Origin: Deltaproteobacteria bacterium
GTDB lineage: Bacteria; Myxococcota_A; UBA9042
Length of the DNA stretch: 56,654 nucleotides
Direction of reading: 5' to 3'
Assembly (NCBI GenBank): GCA_016218865.1
Contig: JACRCU010000484.1
Span: 1-56,654 of the forward strand
This document shows, one piece after another, positions 8,735 through 18,578 of this stretch. The translations under genes and the position numbers were made by a program. Position 1 is the first letter of the stretch. Every line of letters starts with the position of its first letter. The notes beneath the pieces are model-generated. The model ran no database searches and was not told the DNA's origin. It was given only the letters and a program-made list of their open reading frames with translations.

Positions 8735-10006
8735 TTACAAGCCGGCCGACCCCGCTGGCGGCAGGAGCGTCACCACCGACTCCAGGTGTACCGTCCACAC
8801 AAAAGCATCTATCAAAGCCGCCTGTTGCACAACCCAGCCCGCCTTGCGCAGCGGGCCGAGGTCGCGCACCAGCTTGTCGAGCGCGCAGGATACGTAGATG
8901 AGCCCCGCTGGCTGCAGGCGGGCCGCCGCGGCACACACTTCGGGCGCACCCTGTCGGCCCGGATCGAGTAGCCAGATTTCGCTGGGTTGTGTGGGCAGCG
9001 CCGCGCGCTCGGCCTGGGCGCAGACCACCTCGACGCGGTCGCTCAAGCCGGCGGCCGCGACGGAGCGCCGCAGGCGTCGCACGGCGTCCACATCGGCCTC
9101 GACCGCGCGGACGCTGGCGCCCCGCTGCAGGAACATTCCGGTGAAGTTGCCGGATCCGGCATAGAATTCCTGGACGTAGCTGGGCGGCGCCAAGCCGTCG
9201 AGCGCCCGCGCAACCTGCTCCCGCAAGGCGCGGTTGCCGTGGGCACTGGCCTGGCAGAAACCGGCGGCGTCGGTGGCCACAGTTAGCGGACCGTCGACCT
9301 CGGGCAGGTCGACCTCGCCCAGGCCCCAGCGGTCGGCGTGACGGCCAATCTGCAGTTGCAGGCCGACCACGCCCAGCGCGCCGGCCAACTCGGCCGCCGG
9401 CGGCACCGCCGCACCGGTGGGACGGCCAGTCAAGTCGGCGATCACCCCCTGCCTGCCCAGCACCGCCCGCAGTTCACCGCGGTCCAGGTAAGGGCCCAGG
9501 ACGGCGCCGGCGCGGGCCCGCAGGTGCTCCAGCTCGGGCGCGAGGACCGCGCAGGCGGCGTCGGCCACCAGCACATCGGACTGGCTGCGCAAGAACCCAG
9601 CCCCCAGGCCATCTTGCCGCATGCGCAAGTGCAGGCGGGTGCGGCGGCGGTGGCCGCGCGGCTCGACCGCTGCCAGGGCGATCGCCGCGGTCGGCAGGCC
9701 CAAAGCCCGCGCCAGCTGGGCCCTTTTCCACTCGCGCTGGCGCTCGAGGTCCCAGCGCTGCAGCCCGCAACCGCCGCACTCGTCGAACACGGCACAGGCG
9801 GGGGCGCACCGCTGCGGCGACTCGGCCACGACCTGGAAGGCGCCGGCACGCAACACCCCGCGCTGCTTGGTCAATTGCTCGATGCGCAGCCGGTCGCCCG
9901 GCACGACGCCAGCGGCAAGCACCACAGGGCCATCGGGATGGCGGACGATACCGTCGCCCAGGCCCCCCAGGTCAGCGACGTCAGCCTCGAAGGGACAGTC
10001 AATCAC
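8735..10006 (-). CDS. RNA m5U methyltransferase, RlmD/TrmA family
   Basis: TRAM-like N-terminus, Fe-S motif CAVFDECGGC, SAM motif FYAGSGNF, LLDPGRQG, catalytic YVSC, and HLE motif. Confidence 0.85.
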   Translation of the reverse strand: MIDCPFEADVADLGGLGDGIVRHPDGPVVLAAGVVPGDRLRIEQLTKQRGVLRAGAFQVVAESPQRCAPACAVFDECGGCGLQRWDLERQREWKRAQLARALGLPTAAIALAAVEPRGHRRRTRLHLRMRQDGLGAGFLRSQSDVLVADAACAVLAPELEHLRARAGAVLGPYLDRGELRAVLGRQGVIADLTGRPTGAAVPPAAELAGALGVVGLQLQIGRHADRWGLGEVDLPEVDGPLTVATDAAGFCQASAHGNRALREQVARALDGLAPPSYVQEFYAGSGNFTGMFLQRGASVRAVEADVDAVRRLRRSVAAAGLSDRVEVVCAQAERAALPTQPSEIWLLDPGRQGAPEVCAAAARLQPAGLIYVSCALDKLVRDLGPLRKAGWVVQQAALIDAFVWTVHLESVVTLLPPAGSAGL

Positions 10007-10085
10007 GGTGCGATCGCCAAGGTGGAGTGGCTGCGGCGGCGAGCGTCCACGTTGGGCGGGACCTCAGCGGCAGAGGACGGACCCG

Positions 10086-11603
10086 CTAGGTCGCGCCGCG
10101 GACGCCGCCCAAAGCGTCGATGAGCCGCAGCATCTCGGTCGCGTGGGCGTCGAAGGCCTTGCGATCGCGAGCCGGCAGGGCCGGTTCCAGTACTTCGCCC
10201 AGCCCGGTCGGATCCAGATAGGCGCCGTTCTTCTTGACGCCGAAGTGCAGGTGCGGCCCAGTCGAGCGGCCAGTCGTGCCGACCTGACCGATGACCTGGC
10301 CCTTGCGCACGCTGTCGCCCGCCTTCAGGTTGGTGGCGAAGCGGTGCAAGTGCATGTATTCGGTCACGTAGCCGTCTACGTGGCGCAGACGCACCATATT
10401 GCCGGCGGCGCCAGCCCGGTGGGCCGAGACCAGCGTGCCGTCGGCCGCAGCATAGATCGGCGTGCCGGTCGCGGCCGCAAAGTCCACACCGTAGTGGGCC
10501 TTCATGCGGTGCAGGATCGGGTGCAGGCGCATCCCGAAGCCCGAGGTGCGGTTGCCCACGCGCAGCGGCTGGCGCAGGAACATCGCTTCCAAGCTCTGAC
10601 CGTCCAAGCCGAAGTAGCCGGCGGCCCCGCGCTCGTCGTCGAAGAACACGGCCGTGGTGCGCTGGCCGGCCGGAGTGCGAATGTCCACCGCCGCCACGTC
10701 CAGGTAGCGGACCAGCTGATCGCCGTCGACCAACTTGTCGACCACCAGGCGCAACTCGTCGCCGGTCTTGAGGTCCACCGCGGGATGCAGACGATCCGAA
10801 AGAATCACAGCCAGTTGCGCAGCCAGGGCCTCGCCCTCGCCGCAGCGCTGCAGCGACGCTTCCAGGCTGCCGACGATGCCGCAGCGCACGGCCTGACGCA
10901 GCAAGGTGCCCGGCATGCCGCCTTCTTCGGCTACATAGCGATCGCCGCGGCGCTCGATGGTCACGCCCTCGCCGCTCGCCGGCGCAATCACCAGGGAGTG
11001 CAGCGCGCCCGCGTCCATCACGGCCACCGGCCGCAGGCGCGCCCACAGGCGCCAGCCGGCCTGCAGGTGCTCGGGCTTGCGCAGCGTGGAATAGGCCTCG
11101 ATCACCTCGCGCTGCGCCGCGCCATTGATGTCGAGATGGGCCAGGGCCAGACCAAGGCTTTCGCCGGGTTGCACGACCCAGCTGCGGGTGCGCTCGCTGG
11201 TGGCGGCGGGCTGGGAACCGGCCATCGGCGCCTGTACGCGGGGTGCGGGGCTGGCCGCTGCCGCCGTGCCTGCAACGGCGTCGCCGCGCGCTCCGCCAGT
11301 GTGCCCCAGATCGGCATTGGCTTCGGCGGTGGCGGGCAAAGCCGCCGCAGCGTGCAGTGCCGACAGGCGCTCAAGCGGCTCCATGGGCGTCAGCTCGGGC
11401 GCAGAGTGCCACAACGACCAGAGGTTGGTGGCCACTACGCCCAGGACCACCACTGCGCCAGCCAGGCTGGGCCACAGGGCACCGCGGCCACCGCGCGCCA
11501 AGCCACGGCCAAGGGCACCGGTGCGGTAAGCGCTTGAGGTGTGGGCGATTTTCAGGGGCACTGGCACTCCAATGTGGGGGATTCGGCCGGGCGAAGGTGA
11601 CAC
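10086..11603 (-). CDS. M23 family peptidoglycan DD-metalloendopeptidase (MepM-like); start uncertain
   Basis: SGFGMRLHPIL..HYGVDFAA, YMHL and STGPHLHF zinc motifs; N-terminal TM anchor. Confidence 0.9.
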   Translation of the reverse strand: MSPSPGRIPHIGVPVPLKIAHTSSAYRTGALGRGLARGGRGALWPSLAGAVVVLGVVATNLWSLWHSAPELTPMEPLERLSALHAAAALPATAEANADLGHTGGARGDAVAGTAAAASPAPRVQAPMAGSQPAATSERTRSWVVQPGESLGLALAHLDINGAAQREVIEAYSTLRKPEHLQAGWRLWARLRPVAVMDAGALHSLVIAPASGEGVTIERRGDRYVAEEGGMPGTLLRQAVRCGIVGSLEASLQRCGEGEALAAQLAVILSDRLHPAVDLKTGDELRLVVDKLVDGDQLVRYLDVAAVDIRTPAGQRTTAVFFDDERGAAGYFGLDGQSLEAMFLRQPLRVGNRTSGFGMRLHPILHRMKAHYGVDFAAATGTPIYAAADGTLVSAHRAGAAGNMVRLRHVDGYVTEYMHLHRFATNLKAGDSVRKGQVIGQVGTTGRSTGPHLHFGVKKNGAYLDPTGLGEVLEPALPARDRKAFDAHATEMLRLIDALGGVRGAT

Positions 11604-11770
11604 TTCTCCGACTATCTGTCAACCGCAACCCGACCTCGCGATGGGGCCGAACCGGGCAGTGATCGTCGTACTGTGGGCTCGGCGCGCACCTGTCGCCCCT
11701 TGCCGAAGGGGGGAGCGAGGCATAGGCTGCGATCAGGCGGCCGGTTCCGGCGGCCCGCGGAAGGGCGGCT

Positions 11771-14014
11771 GTGGCACAGGGACGGTCTCTGCTGAAAAAC
11801 CTGCTCCGTCATCGCATTGTCACGTCGACTTGCGCGGCGGCTGCGCTCCTGTCCCAGGGGTGCGGCGGGCCCACCAACGCGGCCACTGTGGCCGATGCAC
11901 AGGCGTCGGACGCGACTGCCGCGGGCGATTCGCTTGCAGATACCATCCTATGGACGGATTCTGGCGACGGGGACCAGGCCGCCACGGCAGACGACGGCGC
12001 GGCCACCACCGATCTGCCCGGTGATCTGGGCCCGGCCGATGCGACGGCCGACCAAGGGCCCGCACCCGATGCCGCCGCCGACGCAGACGCGGGATCCGCC
12101 CCAGACGCGGCCGCCTTGGACACGGCGCCGGACGCCGCCCCGACCGACACGGCGAGCCCGATCGCCCTGGACGGCAACTCGCCGGCCCAGTTCGGCGGCA
12201 GCCTGAACACCTGGAACGTGCTGCCCACCAGCGCCATCGTGGCGGTGGGCAAGCCGCCGTTCAAGCCCGGCCAACCGCCCAATCCCTATCCGAATTACTC
12301 GGCGGGGCTCATCGACGATCTGACCGGCGACGGCGTGGCAGACCTGCTGCTGTTTGCCCAGTCCGGCGATGCGCGGGTGGTGACCGGGCCGGTGGGCCCG
12401 AGCGCGTCCGTCGCCAAGCTGCAGGGCCAGCCAGACCAGGACCCGCGGGTCCACTCGGCGGCGCTGTGGATGCGCCCGGACGGTACCCGCTACGCGCTGT
12501 TGGCCGGCTCGCAACTGCACGCCTGGCGCTGGACGGGCAGCACTTGGGTCGACGAAGGGGAAACTTTTGGTGTGCCCGAGGCCGGTTCCAATGCCCGCCA
12601 CTGCGTGAGCACCGTCGACTTGGACAGCGACGGCCTGCTGGACCTGCTGGAGTGCCGCTACCAGTGCGATCCGGGCGCCGCCCACCGCGCCTGGATCGAC
12701 CGGGGCGATGGACTGCTGGTGGACAAGACCGCGACCTTTGGCCTGGTCGGCAGCGGCGCGGCCTGGAACGCCGGCGCCTTCGATCTGCACGACGACGGCC
12801 AACTGGACATCGTGTGGATGCACGACGGCTGCGCCAACCCGAACAACACCCAGGCGCTGTACGAGAACAAGGGCCGCGACGGCGCCGGGCAGGTGCTGTT
12901 CGAACGCGTGCAGCCAAACCCGCTGTTCGACTTCCCCAAGGCGCCGATGCCGTACACGTCGCCGATGGGCTGCGACAACGCTGATTTTGACGGCGACGGC
13001 CACCTGGACCTGGCGATCGCCAACGTGGGGCTGATCTATCCGCTGGAAACGGCGATGAAATACCTGATGACCGAGGATCCCGACATCCCGCGGCTGGCGC
13101 AGAACAACCTGCTGCTGCAGAAGGCGGACGGGAGCTTCAGCGACGCAGGCCTCAAGGCTGGGCTGAAGTCGCTGGTGGACCCGCAAAAGGGCCTGGACAT
13201 CACGGTATGGGGCATCGGCGCCTGGGATTTCGACCGCGACGGCTGGGTCGACTTGGCCTATGCCGCCGCGCCGGATGCCGACTCGTACGAGAACCAGCTG
13301 CGCGGGCCGATGCGGCCGCTGCTGCTGCGCAACCAGGGCAATGCCAGCTTCGTCTCGGTCAGCGACAGCCTGAACCTGCCGCAGCCGGAGCTGGCCAATA
13401 CCCTGGCCCTGGGCGATCTGGACGGCGACGGCGACCAGGACTGGGTGCTGGGGCAACTGGCCGCGCCGCCGATCGTGCTGCAAAACCAAATCACTACGCC
13501 CTTCCATGAGTTGCGCGTGCAACTGCGGGGCCGGCTAAGCAACCCGCTGGGCGTCGGCGCGCGCATCACCGTGACCGCCGGCCAGGTGGCGCGGACGCGT
13601 TTGCACGGCACCACGGGCACTTTTGCGACCCACCACCAGCTGCTGAGCGCGTTCGGCCTGGGCACAGCGACCGCAGCACAGGTCCAGGTGCGCTGGCCGT
13701 CGGGCCGGGTGCAGGATCTGGGCACGGTTGCGGCCGACCAGACGCTGAACGTCGAGGAGCCGGACACGCTGCAACTGTCGGCGCGGACGGGCAAAATCGG
13801 CACAACTTTTGAAGTGGAGCTGGGCCTGGGCGCGCAGCCGCAGGTCGAGCTGGTGCCGCCGGGGGTGCTGGCGTGGGCGTCGCCACTGCAGTGCGACAGC
13901 GCCCTGAAATGCAAAGGCAAGCTGGTTGCGCAAAACGTCGGGACGGGCTATCTCAAGCTAGCAGTGGCCGGCCAGACGCTGGCGGTGTGGCCCAAGCTGA
14001 CGGTGCTGCCCTAG
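11771..14014 (+). CDS. FG-GAP/VCBS repeat + ASPIC/UnbV (CRTAC1-like) lipoprotein
   Basis: Lipobox-like SQGC, acidic D/A-rich linker, repeated D-x-D-x-D-G-x-x-D motifs, and ASPIC-like GVGARITV..AFGLG..VRWPSG. Confidence 0.8.
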   Translation: MAQGRSLLKNLLRHRIVTSTCAAAALLSQGCGGPTNAATVADAQASDATAAGDSLADTILWTDSGDGDQAATADDGAATTDLPGDLGPADATADQGPAPDAAADADAGSAPDAAALDTAPDAAPTDTASPIALDGNSPAQFGGSLNTWNVLPTSAIVAVGKPPFKPGQPPNPYPNYSAGLIDDLTGDGVADLLLFAQSGDARVVTGPVGPSASVAKLQGQPDQDPRVHSAALWMRPDGTRYALLAGSQLHAWRWTGSTWVDEGETFGVPEAGSNARHCVSTVDLDSDGLLDLLECRYQCDPGAAHRAWIDRGDGLLVDKTATFGLVGSGAAWNAGAFDLHDDGQLDIVWMHDGCANPNNTQALYENKGRDGAGQVLFERVQPNPLFDFPKAPMPYTSPMGCDNADFDGDGHLDLAIANVGLIYPLETAMKYLMTEDPDIPRLAQNNLLLQKADGSFSDAGLKAGLKSLVDPQKGLDITVWGIGAWDFDRDGWVDLAYAAAPDADSYENQLRGPMRPLLLRNQGNASFVSVSDSLNLPQPELANTLALGDLDGDGDQDWVLGQLAAPPIVLQNQITTPFHELRVQLRGRLSNPLGVGARITVTAGQVARTRLHGTTGTFATHHQLLSAFGLGTATAAQVQVRWPSGRVQDLGTVAADQTLNVEEPDTLQLSARTGKIGTTFEVELGLGAQPQVELVPPGVLAWASPLQCDSALKCKGKLVAQNVGTGYLKLAVAGQTLAVWPKLTVLP

Positions 14015-14036
14015 TCGCCAGGGCGCGAGGATTGCG

Positions 14037-15194
14037 ATGTCCCAGGAATTTGCCCAGGCTACGGTGGACGAACAGGGCCGGCCGCAGCTGCGCGTCGACG
14101 GCGGGCTGGTGGTGGCGCACACCCACCTCTACTCGGCCCTGGCGCGGGGAATGCCGCCGGCGAGCCCGCCGCCTGGCAATTTTTTCGAGATCCTGCAGCG
14201 GGTTTGGTGGCGTCTGGACCGCGCCCTGGATCGCGACGGTCTAGCGGCCGCGGCGCAGTGGGGTCTGGCCGAGGCGGTGGGACGCGGCGCCACCTGCGTC
14301 ATCGACCACCACGAATCGCCTGGGTTCATCGAGGGTTCGCTGGATGTGATCGCCGATGCGATGCAGGAACTGGGGGTGCGCGGCGCCGTGGCCTACGGCA
14401 TCACCGCCCGCAACTTCGGGTCGGCCGAGTGGCGCGCCGGTCTGGCAGAAAACATCCGATTTCTAAAGACCAATCGCCGCCCGCTGGTGCGCGGTCTGGT
14501 CGGCATCCACGCCGCCTTCACGGTGCCGGATCAGGCCCTGCGGGAAGCGGCGCAAGTGGCGCGGGATTTTGGCGTGGGCCTGCATGTGCACGTGGCCGAG
14601 GACGCCATGGATCGCGACGCGTTGGAGCGGCTGGCGGCGGCCGACGCACTGGTGCCGGGCTCGGTGTTCGGCCACGGGGTGCACGCCACGCCCGAGCAGG
14701 TGCAGCTGGCCGCCCAGAGCGGCGTGTGGTGGGTGCACAACCCGCGCTCGAACGCCATGAATCGCGTGGGCTATGCCGAGCTGGGGGCGGCGGGCGCCCA
14801 GGTGGCGCTGGGCACCGACGGTATGGACGGCGACATGCTCGCCGAGGCGCGGGCAGCCATGCAACTGAGCAGCGCGACGGGGCATTCTCTGGATCCGCTC
14901 GATCGGCTGCGCGCGGGACAGGCGCTGGCCCGGCAGCTGTTCGGTGGGTGCGACGACGCCACCGTGTTCGACTACGCGCCGCCGACGCCGCTGCACCCGG
15001 GCAACGTGGCCGGCCACCTGTTGTTCGGTCATCCGCGCGTCAGCGCCGTGCAGGTCGACGGCCGGCGCCTGACTTTGGAACACAGCGAGCTTGCAGCGAA
15101 AGTTCGCCCCGAAGCCATGCGAATGTGGCAGATCATGGCCGGTCTGCAGGCCGAGCCCGAGCATGGCCTTTTGCTGCAGCGCCTGCAAAGCTAG
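14037..15194 (+). CDS. ssnA: Amidohydrolase, SsnA-like (purine catabolism associated)
   Basis: HTHLYSALARGMP, WWRLDRALD, IDHHESP, GIHAAFT, HVHVAE, HNPRSN and LGTDG; adjacent to a ygfK-like gene. Confidence 0.75.
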   Translation: MSQEFAQATVDEQGRPQLRVDGGLVVAHTHLYSALARGMPPASPPPGNFFEILQRVWWRLDRALDRDGLAAAAQWGLAEAVGRGATCVIDHHESPGFIEGSLDVIADAMQELGVRGAVAYGITARNFGSAEWRAGLAENIRFLKTNRRPLVRGLVGIHAAFTVPDQALREAAQVARDFGVGLHVHVAEDAMDRDALERLAAADALVPGSVFGHGVHATPEQVQLAAQSGVWWVHNPRSNAMNRVGYAELGAAGAQVALGTDGMDGDMLAEARAAMQLSSATGHSLDPLDRLRAGQALARQLFGGCDDATVFDYAPPTPLHPGNVAGHLLFGHPRVSAVQVDGRRLTLEHSELAAKVRPEAMRMWQIMAGLQAEPEHGLLLQRLQS

Positions 15195-15227
15195 CGAGCG
15201 CCGCACCGGCACAGCGAGGACAAGCAC

Positions 15228-17144
15228 ATGGCGGAACTGCGACCGATTGGCTTGGGCGATCTGCTCGGCCGCCTGCAGCGCGAGTGGCCGAGCAAGCAGC
15301 GCCTGTTCGACATGGAAGGCGGCGATTTCTGGCGCGGTTCGCCGCTGGACCTGGGCGTGGCGGTCCACGGTCAGCGCGCCAGTACCCCGGTGGGGCCGGC
15401 GGCGGGTCCGCACAGCCAGCTGGCGCAGAACATCGCCATGGCCTGGCTGGCCGGCTCGCGGATCGTCGAGCTCAAGACGGTGCAGATCAACGATCAGCTA
15501 GTCATTCCAAGACCTTGTATCGACGTGCAGACCGTCGGCTTCAACGTCGAGTGGTCGCAGGAGCTGCGTCTGGAGCAGTCGGCTCTGGAGTACGCCAAGG
15601 CCTGGGTGCTGGTGCACGCGCTGGCGGCGTGGAACCCGCTTGGGCTCAAAACCAGCGAACTGGACACGGTCTTTGACCTGTCGGTCGGCTACTCGCTGGC
15701 CGGCGTGCAGAGCGAGCGGGTGGCGCGCTGGATCGACGGCCTGCGCGACGGCCGGGCGCTGATCGCGCAGGCCAGGCAGCAGGTCCCCAGCGAACTGCAG
15801 CACTTGGTTCAGGTGCCGGTACCGGATTGCGTGAGCCGGACCCTGACGCTGTCGACCTTCCACGGCTGCCCGGCCGACGAGATCGAGAAGATCGCCGAGC
15901 ACCTGCTGGTCGCCCACGACCTGGACGTGGTGCTCAAGCTCAACCCGACGCTGCTGGGCCACGACTTCGTCGCGCACACCCTGAACGACGTGCTGGGCTA
16001 CAAGGAACTGCGGGTGCGGCCCGACGATTTTGCCCACGACCTGCAGTGGCCCGACGCGCTGGCGCTGATCGGTCGGTTGCGCGCGGTGGCCGAGCGGCAG
16101 GGTCGCGCCCTGGGCGTCAAGGTCAGCAACACGCTGGTGGTCGAGAATCACAAGGACTTCTTCCCCAAGACCGAGAAGGTCATGTACCTGTCCGGCCAGC
16201 CGCTGCATGTGCTGACCAGCGAGCTGGGCGCCCGCGTGGATGCGGCGCTGAATCACGAAGTTCCGCTGTCGTTCTCGGCAGGTGTCGACGCGGTGAACTT
16301 CGCCGAGGTGGTGGCCTGCGGTTTCGTCCCCGTGACCGTGTGCACCGCCCTGTTGCGCCCGGGCGGCTACGGGCGGCTGCCCAAGTACCTGGCGCGGCTG
16401 CAGAGCGACATGGAGAAGCTGGGCGTGGCCGACCTGCCGGCCTATGTGGCCGCCAAGGACGCCGGCAAGCCTGGGCAATTCCTGCAGGACTACGCCAAGC
16501 GGGTGCCGACCGAGGCGCGCTACGCCGCCGCCAAGAACGCGTCGATCCCGCGGCGCTTGGCCAAGGATCTGCAGTACTTCGACTGTGTCGACTGCGGCAA
16601 GTGCGTGCCGGTGTGCCCCAACGGCGCCAACTTCGCGCTGAAGGTGATGCCGCGCCAGCTGTCGGGCGACGTGCTGGTGGTGCAGGCGTCCGGGCAGGTG
16701 ACGGTAGAGGCCGGCCCCGTGCAAGTGCTGGCCGCGGCGCGGCAATTCCTCAATTTTGCCGATGCCTGCAACGAGTGCGGCAACTGCGACGTCTTCTGCC
16801 CCGAGGTGGGCGGGCCGTACCGGGTCAAGCCGCGCTTCTTCAGCAGCGAAGCCAGCTTGCACGAGTCGCCGCACCTCGACGGGCTGTGGGCGCAGTCGGC
16901 CACGGCCGCGCTGGGGCGCATCGACGGCCAGCAGGTGCGGGTCGCGCGCGAGGGCACACACCTCCTTGTAGATGATGGGCAAATTCAGGCACGGCTCGAC
17001 GCGGCGACCGGCGCGGTGCTGTCGGCCAGCTGTGCCGAGACGGCGGCGGCGGGGCATCGGTTGCCGGCGTGGCGGGCCGCGGCGCTGGGGCTGCTCCTCG
17101 ACCTGGCGCTGCAGGAGCCGACCTCGGTGCAAGTACCGGAGTAA
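15228..17144 (+). CDS. ygfK: YgfK-like oxidoreductase, short form with C-terminal 4Fe-4S motifs
   Basis: Signature TPVGPAAGPHSQLAQNI..ELKTVQ..PRPCID..NVEWSQEL, TLSTFHGCP, KLNPTLLG and MYLSG. Fe-S motifs CVDCGKCVPVCPN and CNECGNCDVFCP. Confidence 0.75.
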   Translation: MAELRPIGLGDLLGRLQREWPSKQRLFDMEGGDFWRGSPLDLGVAVHGQRASTPVGPAAGPHSQLAQNIAMAWLAGSRIVELKTVQINDQLVIPRPCIDVQTVGFNVEWSQELRLEQSALEYAKAWVLVHALAAWNPLGLKTSELDTVFDLSVGYSLAGVQSERVARWIDGLRDGRALIAQARQQVPSELQHLVQVPVPDCVSRTLTLSTFHGCPADEIEKIAEHLLVAHDLDVVLKLNPTLLGHDFVAHTLNDVLGYKELRVRPDDFAHDLQWPDALALIGRLRAVAERQGRALGVKVSNTLVVENHKDFFPKTEKVMYLSGQPLHVLTSELGARVDAALNHEVPLSFSAGVDAVNFAEVVACGFVPVTVCTALLRPGGYGRLPKYLARLQSDMEKLGVADLPAYVAAKDAGKPGQFLQDYAKRVPTEARYAAAKNASIPRRLAKDLQYFDCVDCGKCVPVCPNGANFALKVMPRQLSGDVLVVQASGQVTVEAGPVQVLAAARQFLNFADACNECGNCDVFCPEVGGPYRVKPRFFSSEASLHESPHLDGLWAQSATAALGRIDGQQVRVAREGTHLLVDDGQIQARLDAATGAVLSASCAETAAAGHRLPAWRAAALGLLLDLALQEPTSVQVPE

Positions 17145-17269
17145 TTGGCTGTTCATTGGCAGTTGGCGGCGGTGCATGGCAGTGCTAGCATGGCCGGGCG
17201 GCCGCAGGGTCCGCGCGGCAGTGGCATCGGCGCAGGATCCAAGATCGGCGCAGTAGGGAAAGGTGTGGC

Positions 17270-17779
17270 ATGGTCCGGCTTCGCACGATGGCTTCCCGGT
17301 TGACGTTCCTGGCTCTTTTGGCCGGCGCGTGGCTGCTGCTGGCGGGCTTCCGGCCGTTTTCGCCGATCCAGACGGTGTGCCCCAACTGCCCGGAAAAGGG
17401 CGACAAGGTCGTGCTACCCGACGGGCGCATCCTGGTTGCCAACGTCGTCGCCAAGAATCAGGACGGCTGGGTGATCGAGCGCTACGGCGAGCTGCGCTTC
17501 GTCCAGTTCGCCGAGGTCAAGAAGGTGGAGTGGTCGGCGGGCGCCGAGCCGCGCGGCCTGGACGGCTACGACCAGATTCTGCTGAAGAACAAAGAGCAAA
17601 CCGTGTTGCACGGCACGCTGATCCAGGTAGAGGCCGGCAAGCCGATGGCGCTGCGCAGCCCGCGCGGCAACGTCTATACGGTGATCAGCTCGGCCGCACT
17701 GCTCTATTACCAGCGCGGTCAGCGGCGCGCGCCGCCCAAGGACCCGTCGGCGCCCGAAGTTCCGCACGCCGCGCCCTAA
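17270..17779 (+). CDS. Hypothetical exported protein
   Basis: Hydrophobic signal-like N-terminus, CPNC motif, host-like codon usage; 16 nt upstream of coaX. Confidence 0.7.
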   Translation: MVRLRTMASRLTFLALLAGAWLLLAGFRPFSPIQTVCPNCPEKGDKVVLPDGRILVANVVAKNQDGWVIERYGELRFVQFAEVKKVEWSAGAEPRGLDGYDQILLKNKEQTVLHGTLIQVEAGKPMALRSPRGNVYTVISSAALLYYQRGQRRAPPKDPSAPEVPHAAP

Positions 17780-17795
17780 AGGCCTGAAGTCCATC

Positions 17796-18578
17796 ATGAA
17801 AGACTTGCTCCTGACTGTGGATGTTGGCAACACCAACACCGTGCTCGGCGTCTACCGCGGCGCCGAGCTGCTCGACCACTTTCGCCTGGAAAGTCGCCGA
17901 GGTATGACCACCGACGAGGCGATGGTGCTGGTCGGCCAGCTCATGCACCACAAGGGCTACGACACCCGCGACCTGGGCGCGGCGGTGGTCGGCTCGGTAG
18001 TTCCACAATTGACCACGGTTTTCGCGGACGTATGCAGCCGAGCGCTGGGGCATCCCGCACTGGTGGTGGGGCCCGGCACCCGCACCGGCATGCCGATCCT
18101 GGTCGACAACCCCAAGGAAGTGGGCGCCGACCGCATCGTCAACGCCATAGCCGCCTTCGCCATCTACAAAGGCCCGTGCATCGTTGTGGATTTTGGCACC
18201 GCCACCACCTTCGACGTGGTGAACGCCAAGGGCCAGTACCTGGGCGGCGTGATCGTGCCGGGCATCGGCATCAGCGCCGACGCGCTCTTTGCCCGGGCGG
18301 CCAAGTTGCCGCGCGTGGAAATTACCTTGCCGCCCAGCGTGATCGGCCGCACCACCGTGCAAGCGATCCAGTCGGGGCTGGTGTACGGCTACGTGGGCCT
18401 GGTCGACGGGCTGTGCACACGGCTGCGCCAAGCGATGGGCGTGCCCGACGCGCCGGTCTGCGCCACTGGCGGGTTGGCCAACCTCATCGGCGCCGAGAGC
18501 GCCTGCATCGGCGACGTGCTGGAATTCCTTACGCTCGACGGCCTGCGCATGGTGTGGGAGCGCAACCGCGATGAGTAG
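17796..18578 (+). CDS. coaX: Type III pantothenate kinase
   Basis: DVGNTNTVLG, EVGADR, VDFGTATTFD, GGVIVPG, ATGG and LTLDGL. Confidence 0.96.
   Translation: MKDLLLTVDVGNTNTVLGVYRGAELLDHFRLESRRGMTTDEAMVLVGQLMHHKGYDTRDLGAAVVGSVVPQLTTVFADVCSRALGHPALVVGPGTRTGMPILVDNPKEVGADRIVNAIAAFAIYKGPCIVVDFGTATTFDVVNAKGQYLGGVIVPGIGISADALFARAAKLPRVEITLPPSVIGRTTVQAIQSGLVYGYVGLVDGLCTRLRQAMGVPDAPVCATGGLANLIGAESACIGDVLEFLTLDGLRMVWERNRDE

Noticed and set aside
14037-17144. Selenocysteine or stop readthrough in ssnA/ygfK
   Set aside because: Neither ORF has an in-frame TGA; they end in TAG and TAA after complete-looking C-termini.
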